A stretch of 24,000 bases of DNA from Salsuginibacillus kocurii DSM 18087 (GTDB lineage Bacteria; Bacillota; Bacilli; Bacillales; Marinococcaceae). Numbering within the stretch: position 1 is the stretch's first letter; each line of letters starts with the position of its first letter. A model generated the notes under the pieces. It saw only the letters and a list, made by a program, of their open reading frames with translations. It ran no database searches and was not told the origin of the DNA. The position numbers were made by a program, and so were the translations under genes. Where the stretch lies: contig NZ_KB898629.1 of NCBI RefSeq assembly GCF_000377705.1, forward strand, positions 138,189 through 162,188, written 5' to 3'. This document shows positions 23,179 to 24,000 of the stretch, piece after piece.

Positions 23179-23913
23179 ATGCTTCTGCCGGAAAATAATT
23201 TTGACAGTAGCCAAGAGCCGCTTCGCAGCCCTAAGCATATTGCTATATTAACTGCAGTCGATGTAGAAAAAGAAGCAGTTGAACGTGGAATCAGCCAATC
23301 TCAAGCACGGACGCCATTGGTGAGTGACGCACCTTCTATTGATGTGGCCGCAGTTGGTGTCGGTCCGATTGAAGCAGCGGCGCGGGCGTCCAGTTTTCTC
23401 GCTAAAACTCAAGGTACGTATGACCTCGTTATTAGCGCAGGAATTGGCGGTGGATTCAGGGGGCGAGCACCAGTTGGCTCGGTTGTGTTGGCGACAGAGA
23501 TGGTAGCAGCTGATTTAGGGGTGGAAACGAATGGAGGATTCCAGCCGGCAAGTGAGCTAAACCTCGCGCAAACACGTATCCCTTGTGAAACGGCCCTGGC
23601 CTCAGCCTGGCGAAAACAACTTGTCGCTACCAATGTGGAAGCCGTACTGGCCCCGGTGTTAACGCTGGCGACGGTCACGGGTTCTAAAGCAACAGCTGAC
23701 CGACTGGCAGCAAGAGAACCTGAAGCAGCTGCTGAAGCGATGGAAGGCTACGGTGTCGGCACCGCAGCAAATCACTATCACATCCCTGTCCTGGAAATCC
23801 GGGCGATTTCGAACACGGTTGGACCACGTGACCGTGAAAATTGGCAGATAAAAGAAGCATTAGAAGCACTTGAACAGGCGATACAAGCGTTACAGGAGGT
23901 TCTCACAACATGA
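23179..23913 (+). CDS. mqnB: Futalosine hydrolase (MqnB, PNP_UDP_1 nucleosidase fold)
   Basis: ILTAVDVEKEAV, GVGPIEAAA, ISAGIGGGF, TVTGS, EAMEGYGV and LEIRAISNTVGPRDRENW follow the MTA/SAH-nucleosidase-like pattern of futalosine nucleosidases. The gene overlaps (ATGA) the start of an mqnD-like gene. Confidence 0.75.
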   Translation: MLLPENNFDSSQEPLRSPKHIAILTAVDVEKEAVERGISQSQARTPLVSDAPSIDVAAVGVGPIEAAARASSFLAKTQGTYDLVISAGIGGGFRGRAPVGSVVLATEMVAADLGVETNGGFQPASELNLAQTRIPCETALASAWRKQLVATNVEAVLAPVLTLATVTGSKATADRLAAREPEAAAEAMEGYGVGTAANHYHIPVLEIRAISNTVGPRDRENWQIKEALEALEQAIQALQEVLTT

Positions 23914-24000
23914 AAATAGCTTATTCTCCTTGTCCAAATGACACATTCACTTTTTATGCGTGGGCGCACGGACGAATTGAAGCCCCGCTTCCTGAGGTGG
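23910..24000 (+). CDS. mqnD: 1,4-dihydroxy-6-naphthoate synthase (MqnD), 3'-truncated by the window edge
   Basis: MKIAYSPCPNDTFTFYAWAHGRIEAPLPEV contains the SPCPNDTF motif characteristic of MqnD N-termini. AGGAGG is at 23894-23899. Confidence 0.65.
   Translation, partial: MKIAYSPCPNDTFTFYAWAHGRIEAPLPEV

Overview
This 24-kb chromosomal window reads like an endospore-forming, halo- or alkaliphile-type Bacillaceae. Supporting signs are a tlp spore protein, an SLH-anchored exoenzyme and very acidic exported proteins. Spot GC counts in backbone genes are about 50%.

Backbone content:
(i) The 3' part of an alpha-glucoside/oligosaccharide ABC uptake operon: a 5'-truncated solute-binding protein, two permeases, a DUF624/YesL-like membrane protein and a GH13 oligo-1,6-glucosidase.
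(ii) A Nudix hydrolase and tandem crcB fluoride channels, divergent from chrA.
(iii) tlp, an SLH-anchored 5'-nucleotidase, two GNATs, a thiolase, a beta-carbonic anhydrase, a double-GGCT protein, a CXXC membrane protein, a SAM methyltransferase, and the start of the futalosine genes mqnB-mqnD.

The stand-out is a markedly AT-rich island of about 4.7 kb (about 5.7-10.4 kb; spot GC counts 18-25%). It carries a complete lactococcin-972-type cassette:
- a secreted bacteriocin precursor with an unusual long acidic pro-region;
- a 721-aa DUF1430/FtsX-like membrane protein;
- an ABC ATPase;
- an extra two-TM mini-protein.

The island ends in a decayed IS21-family relic (an istA'-'istB fusion). It is bracketed by members of a GC-rich repeat family. 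On the left is a solo fragment. On the right is a tandem array with a period of about 117 bp, whose units carry a long hairpin maintained by compensatory substitutions. A second GC-rich multi-hairpin element lies downstream of the thiolase gene.

All family assignments are by-eye motif recognition. No database search or computation was run.
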